A stretch of 64,000 nt of DNA from Eledone cirrhosa (lineage: Eukaryota), in contig OZ024747.1 of the NCBI GenBank assembly GCA_964016885.1, positions 3,286,001 to 3,350,000 of the forward strand. Direction: 5' to 3'. How positions within the stretch are numbered: position 1 is the stretch's first letter; every line of letters begins with the position of its first letter. Positions 27,510-40,920 of this stretch are shown in pieces. Under the pieces are notes generated by a model, which worked only from the letters and a program-made list of their open reading frames with translations, searched no databases and was not told the DNA's origin. The translations under genes were made by a program, and so were the position numbers.

Positions 27510-27737
27510 ATCCCAGACCTCATTAGCTTACCAAGTGAGGTGAGCCTTATCAAATCAGACCAAGGAAACAATGTTTCCATTGGTATTTCCATTTCTGATG
27601 CTAACGCCTGGTAGAAAGAGCAATGTGAAATAAAGTGTCTTGCTCAAGGACATAACACATTGCCTGCTCCGGGAATCAAATTCACAACCTCACCATTGCA
27701 AATCCAATCCTCTAACTAGTAAACCACAAGCCTTCAC
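27510..27737 (-). mobile_element. SINE family B variant
   Basis: Reverse complement matches 49490-49680 (TCCTTGAGCAAGACACTTTATTTCAC..GAAACATTGTTTCC). Confidence 0.7.
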
Positions 27738-27904
27738 TTGAAAATATTATTCTATTCATCCATATTTAAGCTTGTTAACAACCTATGCAATTCACTAAAC
27801 ATTAATTTTACAGTAAAATTAGAATCTAATCCCAGTTATATTGAAATTGTCTTATTTCCGGGGCAAAAAATGTCTGATTAACTAAGTTCATCCAAACAAT
27901 GTCA

Positions 27905-28290
27905 GCAATGAATTAGCTGAGTCATTACAGCAGAGAAGAGAATAACATTCACTATTGATTCTAGTTCTCTTCACTCTGAGTTCAAATCCCACCAAAGTCA
28001 ACTTTGCCTTCCATCCTTTCACGGTTAATAAATTAAACTATTAGTCTAGGGCAGTAGATTGACAAAATTGTTAGTGTTTTTAATTTTTTTTGTGTGGTCT
28101 TTTTTACCAGCTTTTTGTATTCTGAAGTTCAAATCCCATTGTAGCCTTCTTAGATGATGGAATTAAATGGTATTCAATTATGGTTCTTTATATTCTGAGT
28201 TCAAATCCTGCTGAGGTCAACTTTGCCTTCCATCATTCCTGGGTCTGTGACATAAGGTCCAAGCTAAGTACTCGAGTCAATATAATTCAT
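27905..28290 (+). mobile_element. Cluster of older family-A-related SINE fragments
   Basis: Three (G/A)AGTTCAAATCC boxes, two followed by GTCAACTTTGCCTTCCATC. Confidence 0.65.
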
Positions 28291-28509
28291 TTCCCCCATG
28301 TTTCCTAGTTTAATACCACCAGGTCTTCGGCTTCCTTTGCTTGAGTCAACTCTGTTCCAAAGATTCAAACTAAATCTCCAGTTTGAGAATTCATTCCTTT
28401 CACTCTCTCACCAGTTATGGAGATCCTGAATATTGTTATGGGCACTACCATTCCCTCCTTGGGTAGACAGTAAATAAAAACTTCTTTGAACAAAAATCAA
28501 AATACCAAT

Positions 28510-28790
28510 GTGAAGCCGCATGTCTTGATGGTTAGGATGTTGGACTTATGATCATAATGTTGTCAGTTCAATTCCTGGACAGGGATCCATGTTGTGTTCT
28601 TGAGGAAAACACTTTATTTCCTGTTACTCCAGTACACTCAGTTGAGAGTGCTGTATCATCAGTAGCTGGGGACTTAATCCTGTGATAGACCAGCATCCTG
28701 TCCAGGGAGAGACTTGTACTCTCAGATGCTTAATGCCAAGGAAACCAAGGACAAGCACCAGCCTGATGAGCCTTCAGTTTAGAATAGCAT
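28510..28790 (+). mobile_element. tRNA-headed SINE family B with Meta-domain-like body
   Basis: GTGAAG..TGGTTAGG..GTTCAATTCC head; TGTGATAGACCAGCATCCTGTCCAGGGA body. Related heads at 39695-39850 and 58515-58660. Confidence 0.65.
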
Positions 28791-29728
28791 TTAAATTAAC
28801 TTGACAAATGAAATGCATAAAGAGGTGGGTGCTAGCAGCTTTATAATCTTTTGCAACTCCACCAGGAATTGAGGTAGGAATATATGTCTTTTGTTTATTC
28901 TATTATTCTATTACTGCCTTAGTCCTTGGAATAAGGCCAATATGGGGCACCACGTTCAATGATTTAGTCAATCATATTGAATGCAATACATATTTCATTT
29001 AAAGTTTAGAACTTATTTTCTCAATCTCTATTTGTTGAGCAGCTAAGTTACAGGACTAATCTTTATAGTCATATAACATCTTCACAGGATATTCCTTTAT
29101 GCATGATAGTGATCTACACAGTAAAAGCACCCAGTACATGCTGTAAAGTGGTTAGTGTTAGAAAGGCCATCCAGCCATAGAAAGCTTGTCCAACAAGGGG
29201 TTGGGAGGACCCTTCCGTTTACATTAAAAGACATGACAACTTTTTCTTTGCACTCGATATCTCCATATGTAATCGAGATACAGACCCCTTGGCCAGTAGG
29301 GAAGGCCATAGCTTCACTTCAGTACTGACTTGATCTATGTAGATCTCCTTCAATCCCTGTTATCAGAGAAGGCAGATGTTAGATGATGATGATGATGATG
29401 ATGAGTGGTATTAAAAGACAATAAAATAGTAAAGAAGTTGAATTTGAGGACATTTATTTTGATTTTATTTTCTTGAAAAAAAAACCTACAATATCATTAA
29501 ATGACCAGTGGAATGTTGAGTAAGATGACAAGCTACTTGAAGGGAAATGTCATAATCATTAATAGCAACAGGGTTCAATTGCAGTCCATTTAATGACATT
29601 TGCAAGGTTTACAGAAGAGAGAAAAAATAACATAGTTATTTTTCCAAACAAATACAAATATATTTGTTGCAACTAACATGTTTTGCTCTGTGATTCTTTT
29701 ACATAGATGAAGAATTACTGTCAAGTTT

Positions 29729-29824
29729 TCCCCACCCTCCCCACCCCTCTACTCCACTTCTCCCCACCCTCCCCACCCCTCTACTCCACTTCTCCCCACC
29801 CTCCCAACCCCTCTACTCCACTTC
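29729..29824. repeat. 32-bp x3 minisatellite, G-quadruplex-type on the minus strand
   Basis: Unit TCCCCACCCTCCCCACCCCTCTACTCCACTTC; third copy has one substitution. Confidence 0.9.
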
Positions 29825-29927
29825 AACCACCATTCCTACCACTTTTACATTTACCCATGAGCAAACTAATGGATCGGCTAGATAGATCCAAATGGAAATC
29901 ATTGATTTCTTAATAGGTCCATAAATC

Positions 29928-30100
29928 TAGTAGTAGTAGTAGTGGTGGCAGTGATTGTGGTAGTAGCAGCAGCAGTAGTAGTAATAGTGGTAGTAGTAGT
30001 AGTAGTAATAGTGGTATCAGCAGTAGTAGTAGTAATAGTGGTAGTAGTGGTATCAGCAGTAGTAGTAGTAGTAGTAGTAATAGCAGCAGCGGTAGTAGTG
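29928..30100. repeat. Degenerate (AGT/AGC/GGT)n trinucleotide repeat
   Basis: Directly visible; explains the poly-T/poly-L ORFs. Confidence 0.9.
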
Positions 30101-30313
30101 TCATAAATGAAGATCAGTACACACACAACAATTAATTCTCGGTTCAGTATCCATAACATTTACTAACGATGTTTACATTTTAATTACTATACCGAGAAAT
30201 ATTATATTTCTCTAGAATATAAACTATTTAATAAAGTTATATCTGTATCTATAGAGACTAGAAGTAACCCTGAGTAAACATATATATCTTCACATGACCC
30301 TTCCACTTGTCTC

Positions 30314-30490
30314 TGGAAGGGTCATGTGAGTAGAGATCTCAAACACCCCTCCCAGCAGGTCCACTCAGAAACAACCATCTCCAATTAATCTGGCTCAGAC
30401 CAGTTGAGCTCATGGATATTGTCCTGCTATCTTACTTGGGGTCTACTCCAGGGTCTCCTACTGGTTGGTTTTTGCCTGTAAAATCTGTAT
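30314..30490 (-). mobile_element. RTE fragment (family of 24655-25035)
   Basis: Reverse complement aligns by eye to 24825-25010. Confidence 0.7.
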
Positions 30491-32654
30491 CCCATGACCC
30501 CAAAATGGGTTCAGAAGGAAACAAACTGTAATGTGTAGATAGAGATTTAATTTTACCATATACTTCAGCTGCTAGCACACAATTTAATAATACTATCTAT
30601 TATTTTTCAAATAATCATTAAAGAGGAGGTTTTCAGTGGCATATGTGTTTCATTATTAAACAGGTGTTTAGAGCAGTGGAGAGACAGTATTGGTACAACG
30701 GTAGACAAAATGCTTTATTGTATTTCATCGCAACTTTCTATATTCAGAGTCTAAATCTGGCTGAAGTCAACTTTGTCTTTCATTATTCTGGGATTAATAC
30801 AATAAACTACCAGTTAAGTACTGGAGTTGTTACAATAAGCTTTCTTCTTCCCTCAAATTGCTGGTCTTGTGCCAATGTTAGAAAATGTTATTAAACTGCT
30901 GTTTAGAATGAAACTTATAACAAAAATATTTTTCCTTGAAATTTATAATGGCAATCTTTAATCTTAAAATAATCAGTTTTGTATAATAGAGCCAGAAAGA
31001 GTTTCAATCAAATTGGTTGTGAAAGTGTTATGACCTAACCAAATAATTTTTCAAATTTGTAACTAAAAATATACCGAAACCTCTAAACTATGAGCTTTCA
31101 CATAACATGACATAATCACAGATATTTAAGAAAATTGAATTTAACTAACAAGGCTAATGATGCAGTTGTTCCTCAAACCAAATTAGTACAGTTCAGTTAG
31201 TGGTAACATATTTAATGTAGTCATTATATAAAATCTAATCAGAAATATTTATGTGGTGTGGAAAAGACAAGATTTGCTCAATGACTAATAATATTTTAAG
31301 GAGACAACTCCAGACATAGTTTGGTGTTATTAAACTTCCTTAAGGTGGCGAATTGGCTGAGTCATTAGAACAGCAGATAAGATACCTTGCGGTATTCATT
31401 CCAGCTCTCTACTCTCTGAGTTCAAATCCAGCTGAGGTCAATTTTGCTTTTTATCCTTTTGAGGTCGATAAAACAGTACCAGTCTTGTACTGAGGTCTAT
31501 TCTTCACCTATATCTCTTTCTCACTTCCTTTCTATCACTCTCTATCTTTCTCTGGAAGAAATCTGCTGTTTTCAGACCTGGAGAGGGATGGGCTCTGCGA
31601 GGTTTAAAAATGCCATATTTCACTATGGCACCCCTATGAGTCCTGGATTTACGGGACCACCCATCCTTCCAAACTTTTTCAGGGAAACATAAACTTCGTC
31701 GTGTTTGACAAAGAATCACCAAGTAGATGTATAATATTGTACACTTGCAGGTATAGAAAATGAGTATAGTCATAAGAATAAATTATAGAAGGAAATTACT
31801 GAGAGACCTCATTGAAGATGTATATATATTTATATACATTTACGTACCCTTCTCTAAATAAATAACAAGATTTACATAAGGAAATATATCTGTATAGTTG
31901 GTAATAAATTTAATAAATCATTGTTCAACAATGTTTACCTCTCTTCAATATGGATGTAGTCTCATATAATTAAAGTTATCTTGCTTACTACATTAAGTAT
32001 GTTAGTACTTTACTTTAGTATTTATATTTATAGGATTTGTTGGAGTTCACCCTAAATACTCTTCATATACATTAACGACCCTATATAATTAAAAGTTTGA
32101 TTAACAGTCATAGTGATTTATTAAACTGATATGAATGAAGCTTGGAATTGATTTAACGAAGTAGTTTTTCTGAAGGTTATCATCTATACATATATTCTTA
32201 TTTACTGCAACATATAGCAATAAATAAAACTGAACAAATTCAAGACTATTTGTTCAGCTTTATTATATATTTATTATATATTTATTATATATTTATAGTA
32301 TAGGGTACTTTGTAACAATTGCTTGTTTGTACATCTGCACAATAACTAATAAATCTATTCCAAGGTAACTTCATCTCTGATCGTCATTTCATTTTACATT
32401 TCTTCTTATATTTCTCTTCCACTTCATCCCCTTTCTTCCTACTGCCACTTGATTTTGTTACCTGTGGATTTATCCATCTGCATTGTAGAGGCTTCCAAAA
32501 TGACCATTTTTCAACTTTATTACGTTTATCTGTAAGGGTGATGGTAGAATTGTTAGAGCATCGAATAAAATGCTTTCATGATCATCACCATCGTCGTTTT
32601 AACGTCTGCTTTCCTTGCTAGCAGTAGTGAAGTGGTGCTACTGATCTCCCAGAC

Positions 32655-32810
32655 AGTGCATTACTGGTACTTTATTTTATCAACCCTGTAAGGATGAAAG
32701 GCAAAGCTAACCTCAATGGGATTTGAACTCAGAGCGTAAAGAGTCAAAATTCTATACCACAAAGCACATTGTCCGATGCTCTACTGATTACTGCCAATAC
32801 ACCACCCTTA
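32655..32810 (-). mobile_element. SINE family A (older copies also at 30675-30890 + and 31344-31490 +)
   Basis: GTGCATTACTGGTACTTTATTTTATC..GGATTTGAACTCAG..CTGCCAAT. Confidence 0.75.
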
Positions 32811-33079
32811 TATATATATTAATAATGCAACCACAGAAAAGACATAAAATATATTCTGACTGTTGCATCTTTGAAGAACATTGGAGGCTGGAATATTTTG
32901 TAACAGAGAAAAACAATAAAGTATTGTGAATAATATGCAGTGAATCTATTGTAATATAGTATAATATACATATGTATTATCAAATGAAGTAGTCATCTTA
33001 CTATTCTCATCTGACAAGAACGCTATGTCATGAGAAATATGAAAGCTGGGAATAGAGTATTTTATTACAACAGTAGCTT

Positions 33080-34450
33080 TTCATTAGGATAAATGCTAAT
33101 AATGAATCTACAACTAAAGCTAGTTTGAGAGTAGGTTTATTTGTTAGTTAAGAAAGGAGAACTATTTACTGATGGTAAATTGATTAAATCTTGTATGATG
33201 GTAACAGCTGAATAAGTATGTCCAGATATAAAAAAAAAAAAAGATTTATTCAGTATAATTCTGCAAAAACAGCAGCTAGGAGAGTTGAAGACAGAAGACA
33301 ACATTCTCTGTCAATTAAACAATAAAGCAGAAGATTTCCAGTGGTTTTCTCTGGCTCTTGATGAATTAACATATGTATTTGACAATCCAGTTGCTATTGT
33401 TCATTCAGGAAATTAATGTTAACTTTGAAGTGATGGAAGAATGCGCTTCAGTGAGCAGCATGCCTGGCTGATTTGCTGATGAAGAATTTTTCAAAGGGGT
33501 GGAGAAAACTTTGGCTTACTACAGTCTGGTCTGGAAACATCTAAAGTATATTTCAATTGATAGTAGGATTAAAAAAATGTGTGGCATAAGAAAAGTTTTT
33601 ACTGGACAAATCTACAGAGTTTGTCATTTAGACGCAAGTCAACCTTAATGGAGCAGTCTTATGATCAAAGGTATTTTAGCCATGACCATCCCATCTTTTT
33701 TCCAATGTACAGGGATATCCAACATTTCTTTTTTATAAAATAGTAGAGTGTAGGTTGAGGGAGATTTGGCTGCTCTTTAATGACCATGTAGAGGCTCCCA
33801 CATTGGTTTATGAAAAGCTTGTGGAGAGTATAGGATGTAAAAAAACCTATACTGTTTCACTGCATCATTCATTCATCAGCCAAGCTCTATCAGCAGAAAA
33901 TATTTAGAATGTGTAATAGAACCAAGTGTGTCAAAAGTACATTTTATTTAATCACACACATTCAATCCTGATCAGTTTCAAACATTTTCGGAAGAACAAG
34001 AAACTGAATATATTCATTTGATGTTCCATGCTGCTCTAAGATGGCTTAATAGCAAAATACTTCATTTCAGCTGAAAATGAGCTGGAGGTTTAACCCAGCA
34101 ATGAACTGGCAACCTGTCTAAGGAGGAGTCGTGTACTCTCAGCCGCATAATGGCATGGAAACTGTTATCTCACTTTATTTCTTTTAATTTCAGATAGAGA
34201 TTGATATGATTTTAAATGAAAAAACAAATAATGTTCAGTTGATATTTACATATAAGGAAGGTTTGTGGAAATTGGCATTCTTGGCTTATATAATGATACA
34301 TCTTATTGAGTTCAATTTATGATTACAAGGTGTATCTGAGATTAAAAGCTACATATACTCTGCAAGGAAAGTGTTTCCATATAAAATAACCTTTATTTCA
34401 CTCCCAGCTAACAATAAATAGTTTCAACCATGAAGCAAATTCTTCATTTA
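33080..34450 (+). pseudogene. Decayed hAT transposase (Buster/SPIN, GTF2IRD2-like)
   Basis: Motifs in order: KGELFTDGKLIKSCM, SAKTAARRVED, FQWFSLALDELT, FHCIIH, FHAALRWLNS, WKLAFLAYIMIHL..FNL*LQG; interrupted by repeats near 33620-33810 and 34070-34170. Confidence 0.85.
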
Positions 34451-36144
34451 TTTTTAAGTTTGCTCAAGATATTCTCACTGTTACAGAGATACAATTCATT
34501 GTGCAAGATCCACATACACATACTCACACACACACATATATATATACATATATATATGTGATGATACTCATACTTGTGGATACATTATGGGCAGAGCAAC
34601 TCTTGCTAAATTGCTTCTTCAAGCATACAAATGTGCAACGAATAGGGTGAAACCAAGGAAATATTTTCGTTTTCCTATTTCAAACCATAATGGCAAGGAT
34701 ACCTGGACAACAATAATATTGTGTGAAGCTATATTTTCCTAAGTGGCATAAGCGAAATTATATTGTCAGATATCGAATAAGTTGCATACTTCATCTGTAG
34801 AAAGGAAATATCTTCTATTCTTTGATTATAAGTCTATGAATATCATTACTCTGTTATATCTAAACGTATCCAACATATTATTGAATGCTGATGATGATAA
34901 ATCTAAATTTGTATAGATCCTCTTAATGAGTATTATTGTAGACTTACAATCTTGTCTCTCAAAGTTTAAGAATCCATATATATATATTTCTATATATACA
35001 TATGTGTATATGTGTGCATGTATAAATATATATATATATATATAGTTTTCAGGAAGAAACTTTATTTCAAAATTTTCCTTTCAGTTAATTCTACCAAACA
35101 GTCTCACTGATAAGCAAGGCACAAACTGTAAACTGACGTAATCATTTTTATATATCATGAAACCCTATTTCTAAAAATATTCACTTTGAACGAGTCTGAG
35201 AATAACAAGAGAAACTGTATAATGTGTTTATCGATAAACACTGAAGCACAAACAAATGAAATTAATAGAATAAATCAAATCAAATATAACTCTTACAAAA
35301 TTAACTGATAAAAATACCAAGTTATCTATCATAAGGAAATAAAATAAAATAGAATAAAATCCAGCAGCATTAGAACTGATCTTGGCGTCACAGACGACAT
35401 TTACTTTGCTTGTTCAACTTGAATCATTTGAAGAGATAGGTTTGAAAAGAAAATATTGAACAAGCCAATAAATATTTAAAGCATAGTGACAGATTAGTTG
35501 AAGCTAATAACTGAATTTCTTGACTAGAATAAATATTTGGTTATGAAAGATAAACATCTTTCTTTACAAATAACAATTTTTAAGACGCCAATGTGAAAAG
35601 ACATGACTACGTGTAAGATATGGAACATTAGTTATTACTGGAAAGAATTCTTGTGATTTACGTAAGTGATTTAGCATATATTTTTATTAATGTGATTTAT
35701 TCAAACATTTTTTTCTTCAAATGCTATTAAAAATAATGAAAAACAATATCTTTGTATAACAGAAAATGCTTATTTCTTTATGCAAACAGAATGCAGACAT
35801 CGTTTGGAATCTCAGGACTGAATGGTATGTGTGAATGTATTGTGTGTATGTCTGCTTGTGCATGTGTGTATGTGTGCATACAGGTGTGTATGTGAACATC
35901 TGTGTGTGAGTTTGTATGTGTGTGTGTACACATGCATGTTTGTGAGTGAGTGTGTGTGTGTGTATGTATGTATTTGTGTGTGTGTGTAAATCTGGCAACG
36001 CACATCTTCAACCCTCTAATACAAACACATTTATTCAAACTGTAACTAGTTATAAATTATGTGAAATAAATATGTGGAAAAAAATATATGGAAAAAATAT
36101 ATTCCGAATATACTCATATAAGAACATATTCATATACTTACCTT

Positions 36145-36482
36145 CAGGGTTGGATTTAATGGGTGAGGGAGCAAAGGGGGCATTTGCCCTGGGCCCCCTG
36201 CAGTGGGGGACTCACCAGCAACTACTGTAGCAATATATTTGTGCCCTCCGCTGGGCTTTTTAGATTTTGGATAGAATTTTTTAATTTAATACTTCTATGT
36301 ATAACTTTTCAATTCCAATTACTTGCACCAGACTAACTTTGACATGTACAATTGGAGGGTTTGCTGTGTATTCTAATTGTTTGTGTATGAGGGGACCCTC
36401 AAAGTGCCCCAGGTCTCTCGGGGTCTGAATCTGGGTCCCCCAAGGTCTAAGTCCGGGTCCCCCAGGTCTAAATCCGACCTTG
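36145..36482. mobile_element. GC-ended MITE (PIF/Harbinger- or hAT-like)
   Basis: CAGGGTTGGATTTA ... TAAATCCGACCTTG imperfect TIRs; subterminal ~21-bp unit repeated three times at 36421-36478. Confidence 0.65.
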
Positions 36483-37572
36483 ACTATAGTTTGTTGTTAA
36501 TACATTTTTACTGTGCATGTATATATAAAGCTGACATCCAACTGAATTCATAACTTGTTTCAATTCTTTGAGAAAAGAATCAATGTCACATAATCCCTGT
36601 CCTCCTTTCTCTATAATATTTCTATACAAAAAATAAATCATTATTTTATATCAAAAATTAAATAAGCAATTTTTTTATATATTTAAAAAAATAAGCATCT
36701 ATCGTTTATAATAAATTACTTTAGTGCTTTTATTAATTCAGACAAGAGATGAAAAGTGAATTTTTGAGTAGCTTTCTCTTTTCTTTTCACTAAAATATTA
36801 CTGATGCATTTAAAAACACTCTGTCTACATATTGGAATCAAATTTCCTTTAAAAGCCGGCAGCTGATTAATGGAGCCAGCTTTTATAGACTTAGTGAAGA
36901 CAAAGTATATAATAATAACAACAATAATAATGATAATAGTAGTAATAATAATAATAACAGCAATAACATAACAATGATGATAACAATAATAATGACGACG
37001 ACAACAACAATAATAATAATAGCAAAAATGATAAAATATTATTGAGAGAATCCCTGAGTTTAAAATAATAAGGAAAAAATTGATGGAATCATTTTTATTA
37101 TGTTTATAAATGAAAATTAAAATAAAGTAAAGCTTGTGCATAATCCAGTTGAAAGAGAAGTGAAATCGATTTTCAGAATGGGATAAAATATATATTGAAT
37201 TGCTGTATAGACAATGAAAACTTGAGGAATATATAAGACTGAGGTTGTGACACTCATCCATTTCTCAAGAGTCTTGGTGGCATTATGAAATGGATTCAGA
37301 GTTTAAACCTTGATTAATCATTTAGTTTGCTGCTATTTTAAGTTCTTCAGAAAGATTAGTAAAGCATTTTAAATGTTCATTTCCTTCCAGTTTCCTTATA
37401 ATGTTGGTCAAATCTGACTGTAGTCTATGTTAACACCTAAGTCTAGTCTAAAGTCTGGCTCGAGTCCAGAGGGTCATCAGACCAGTTTTATCCAGGTTTC
37501 TGTGAAAAAACAGACATAAGATTAGGTTGATGATATACATCTCTCTATATATGTCTCCATGTGTGAGTGTAT

Positions 37573-37840
37573 CATTATCATCTTACATCCACTTTTCCCT
37601 GCTTGCAAGGGTGGGACGGGTCCTATTCAGCACAGCATCTCTCCACTTGTCATGGTCCTTCATCTCCTCCGTGAGCTTCAGCGATTTGAGGTCTGCCTTC
37701 ACCACCTCTGCCCATGTTTTTCGTGGTCTTCCTCTACTACGTCATCCTTCTACTGGTATTTCTTGGCACTTCTTTACCCAGCGGTCATCCTCCATGTGCA
37801 TCACATGTCCATACCATCTCAGTCTAGTCTTCTCTCCTGC
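37573..37840 (-). mobile_element. RTE LINE 3' end, third family
   Basis: Minus-strand translation EKTRLRWYGHVMHMEDDRWVKKCQEIPVEG; related copies at 46061-46335 and 46910-47050. Confidence 0.85.
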
Positions 37841-38595
37841 ACATATATATAAATATATATATGTGTGTGTGTTACCTGCGCATGTGTGAGCAGGAAGCAT
37901 GATAATAGAGTTGAACGTGTACATAATATTTTTTACATATACATCCAAATTTGCAGTACACAATGAAAGGAAATCAGTTCATACAAAATAAATTGTTTTT
38001 TTTTAAAGGGTTATTGCAGAAAGATTCATTGTTTTTGTACAGAGCAGTTTCAGCTATGGATAGCTTTTCAAAGTTTCATTTTTAAAGTTACATTTGTGCT
38101 GGTGTTGCATATTTTTTAACATGTTATGCCCACTTCTGTCTTTTCTATGACAAGGGGCATAACTTTGGTTTTAATATTAATGAGAATCATTTGTTACTCT
38201 CAAATAATCGCCTCCCCTCCCACATTAATTTTACATCTTTATATTTATCTCAATATTTTATTGGTTTTTTTGCTATCTTTTACGTTTTACAATTATTTGA
38301 TATCTTCAGTGTATGTTATTAGCATTGGTATATAGATTAAAATTTTGTGGGAAGACCATAATCAAGTAAATTACACTAGGTATATATTTTATTGATTGCT
38401 GAATGAGAAGAAGACATGGCAGGATATGAACTAAGATATTTTCTTTAGCTCTCTACTTGTCTCCCAATTCACCTGTCTAAAATTAATTCCACAAATGGCT
38501 AGAGGCAGATTAGCTTAGTGCTTAATGTGGAGAAAATTAATTTTTGAAGATAATTTAATATTTAAATGTGTAAAGTATAACGTGTTATACATATA

Positions 38596-38626
<31 letters not shown>

Positions 38627-39002
38627 GTGTGTGTGTGTACACATCCCTCTATATATAGTCCTGCACACACACACACCCACATACACACATATACATACAT
38701 ACATACATACATACATACATGTATACATATATATATATATTTATTTATATATGTATGTATCAGTGTTGTAGTTTGCTTGAAGCATTGTAGAATAAGAAAC
38801 ACAAATTTAAATAATTTTGAAAACCATATAATGCACTAGAAAATAAAAATTGCCAAGATAACAATAGAGTCATCAGCACGACCACCTTAAAATAAAAGCA
38901 CCATAAACGAAGTAAAACTTGTTTAAATACGGTACATGTTCTGTTTAGGTGAAGGTAGATGTATATAATGATGAGTGGGTGAGAGTCTGAGAAAGTTATA
39001 TT

Positions 39003-39178
39003 AAAGTCAGAAAACAGCACAGCTCCCATGACTTTTGGAAACATTTTTTCACACTCAGAGTTGCTGAAGCATGGAACAAACTACTCGCATCATTTTATTT
39101 TATGTACTATCCATGCACCTTTGATGAGTTGTAGTGCACCTGAGCACTGTACACAATCATTTCATTATTATTATTATT
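39003..39178 (+). mobile_element. CR1-type LINE 3' end, internally deleted, (ATT)n tail
   Basis: Translation KVRKQHSSHDFWKHFFTLRVAEAWNKL; inverted homologue of 40257-40920. Confidence 0.75.
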
Positions 39179-40256
39179 CAAACCCTTGTGGTTAATAAAG
39201 AAAACATTATTATTATTATTCATTATTATTAGAATTAAAATTAGGGCTAGGACTAGAGTTAATATAGTTACCATGAATGATTGCATAGCTACAGGTGGAA
39301 CTACTGGAAGTTGTACAAGTTTAGCTTTAATGGGAAGACATAATGTATTAAATGTTCCCTCCCCACTCCCAGCCTCAATCTAAACAAATTAGTAAAAGAA
39401 ATACTAGTGTTACATAGTAATGTGTTGACCAGGGTGTGAACATCTGTGCATATTTGATGTGTCTAGATTTGTTTATATTTGAATAATGTAATAAACTTTC
39501 TCAGACTTATTTAAGAAATTCAATGTTATTTTGGCTGAGACAGCCATTGGCAACAAACTCAAGGCAACACAAACACATTTCAAACTGACATGTGTCTTAT
39601 CTTTATGGACAATCTAATATTATAATTATCATCGTCATCACCATTCACACCCTTTAATGTCTATTTTTTATGCCTGGATGGGTTGGTTGGGTTGTGAAGG
39701 CACATGGCCTAATGCTTAGGAATCTTGACATATGATCGTAATGTCAGTTCAATTCCTGACCAGGCTGCTGTGCTGTGTTGTGTTCTAGAGCAAACCACTT
39801 TATTTCATGCTGCTCCAGTGAACTCACTTGAAAGGAGTACCAGCCATAGCTGTGGGTTCTTTTTATTGTGACACCAGCACAATAGATGGTAGGGTGTGAT
39901 AGACAGTGCTGGACTTATCCTTTAGCTAAATATCACAAATATGAGTACAAGCAGCTCAAACATCTACTGAGTAGCTCAACCTGCTAGTTATAACAGCCAA
40001 CCCTACTCAGAGCCAGACCTTCCCCTGCTGAGACCCAAAGCTATTTGAGGCCCTTCTCTAAAAAAATTAAGAAAAAATAATTTAAAATAATTCTACATAA
40101 TTTTTTATATTAAATTTAATTATAAAAAATAAATAATGTATATATATAAATGTTTTGATGATTTAGTGTTAAAGAATAATAATTACCCAGTACATTACTG
40201 GTACTTTATTTTATCGACCTCGTAAGGATGAAAGTTAACCTTGGCGGGATTTGAAC

Positions 40257-40288
<32 letters not shown>

Positions 40289-40920
40289 AATTATTGTGTA
40301 AAGTGCTCAGGTGCACTACAACTCGTCAAAGGTGCATGTATAGTACATAGAATAATATACAAATGTCAGGGAAGTGAATAGTGTATGAGTCATGATATAC
40401 ATGTGTGTATGTGTATGGAGGGGGAACATTAGGTGTAGTGTTGGCGAATCTCAGGAAACATGGAGGTTTTAAAGAATGCAGTGTTTCAACAGCTAATACC
40501 TGATGCAGGTAGTTTGTTCCATGGAGGTTTTAAAGGATGCAGTGTCTCGACAGCTAACAACTTATGTAGGTTGTTTTTTCCATGGAGGTTTTAAAGGATG
40601 CAGTGTCTCGACAGCTAATAACTGATACAGGTAGTTTGTTCATGGAGGTTTTAAAGGATGCAGTGTCTCGACAGCTAATAACTGATGCAGGTAGTTTGTT
40701 CCATGGAGGTTTTAAAGGATGCAGTGTCTCGACAGCTAATAACTGATGCAGGTAGTTTGTTCCATGCTTCAGCAACTCTGAGCGTGAAAAAATGTTTCCG
40801 GAAGTCATGGGAACTGTGCTATTTTCTGACTTTGTGGGCATGCCCACGTGTGTTAGACACATGGAAATCAAAAAGGTACTCAGGGATGTTGTTGGTGAGA
40901 TGGTTAATAATAAAACTAAT
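40257..40920 (-). mobile_element. CR1-type LINE 3' end with internal tandem amplification
   Basis: Minus-strand translation NTRGHAHKVRK*HSSHDFRKHFFTLRVAEAWNKLPASVISCRDTASFKTSM (TRGH..FF.RV...WN.LP CR1 terminus); (ATT)n tail. Confidence 0.85.
40459..40766. repeat. 61-bp x5 tandem repeat
   Basis: Units start with CATGGAGG at 40459, 40520, 40581, 40641 and 40702. Confidence 0.95.

Noticed and set aside
36716-37261. 181-aa hydrophobic ORF
   Set aside because: Driven by (AAT/AAC)n repeats and AT bias.
38060-38125. Segmental duplication with 46760-46825
   Set aside because: Only about 60 bp shared and flanking order differs; likely a dispersed repeat fragment.
40459-40766. CRISPR-like array
   Set aside because: Head-to-tail units without spacers, derived from a CR1 LINE, in eukaryotic DNA.
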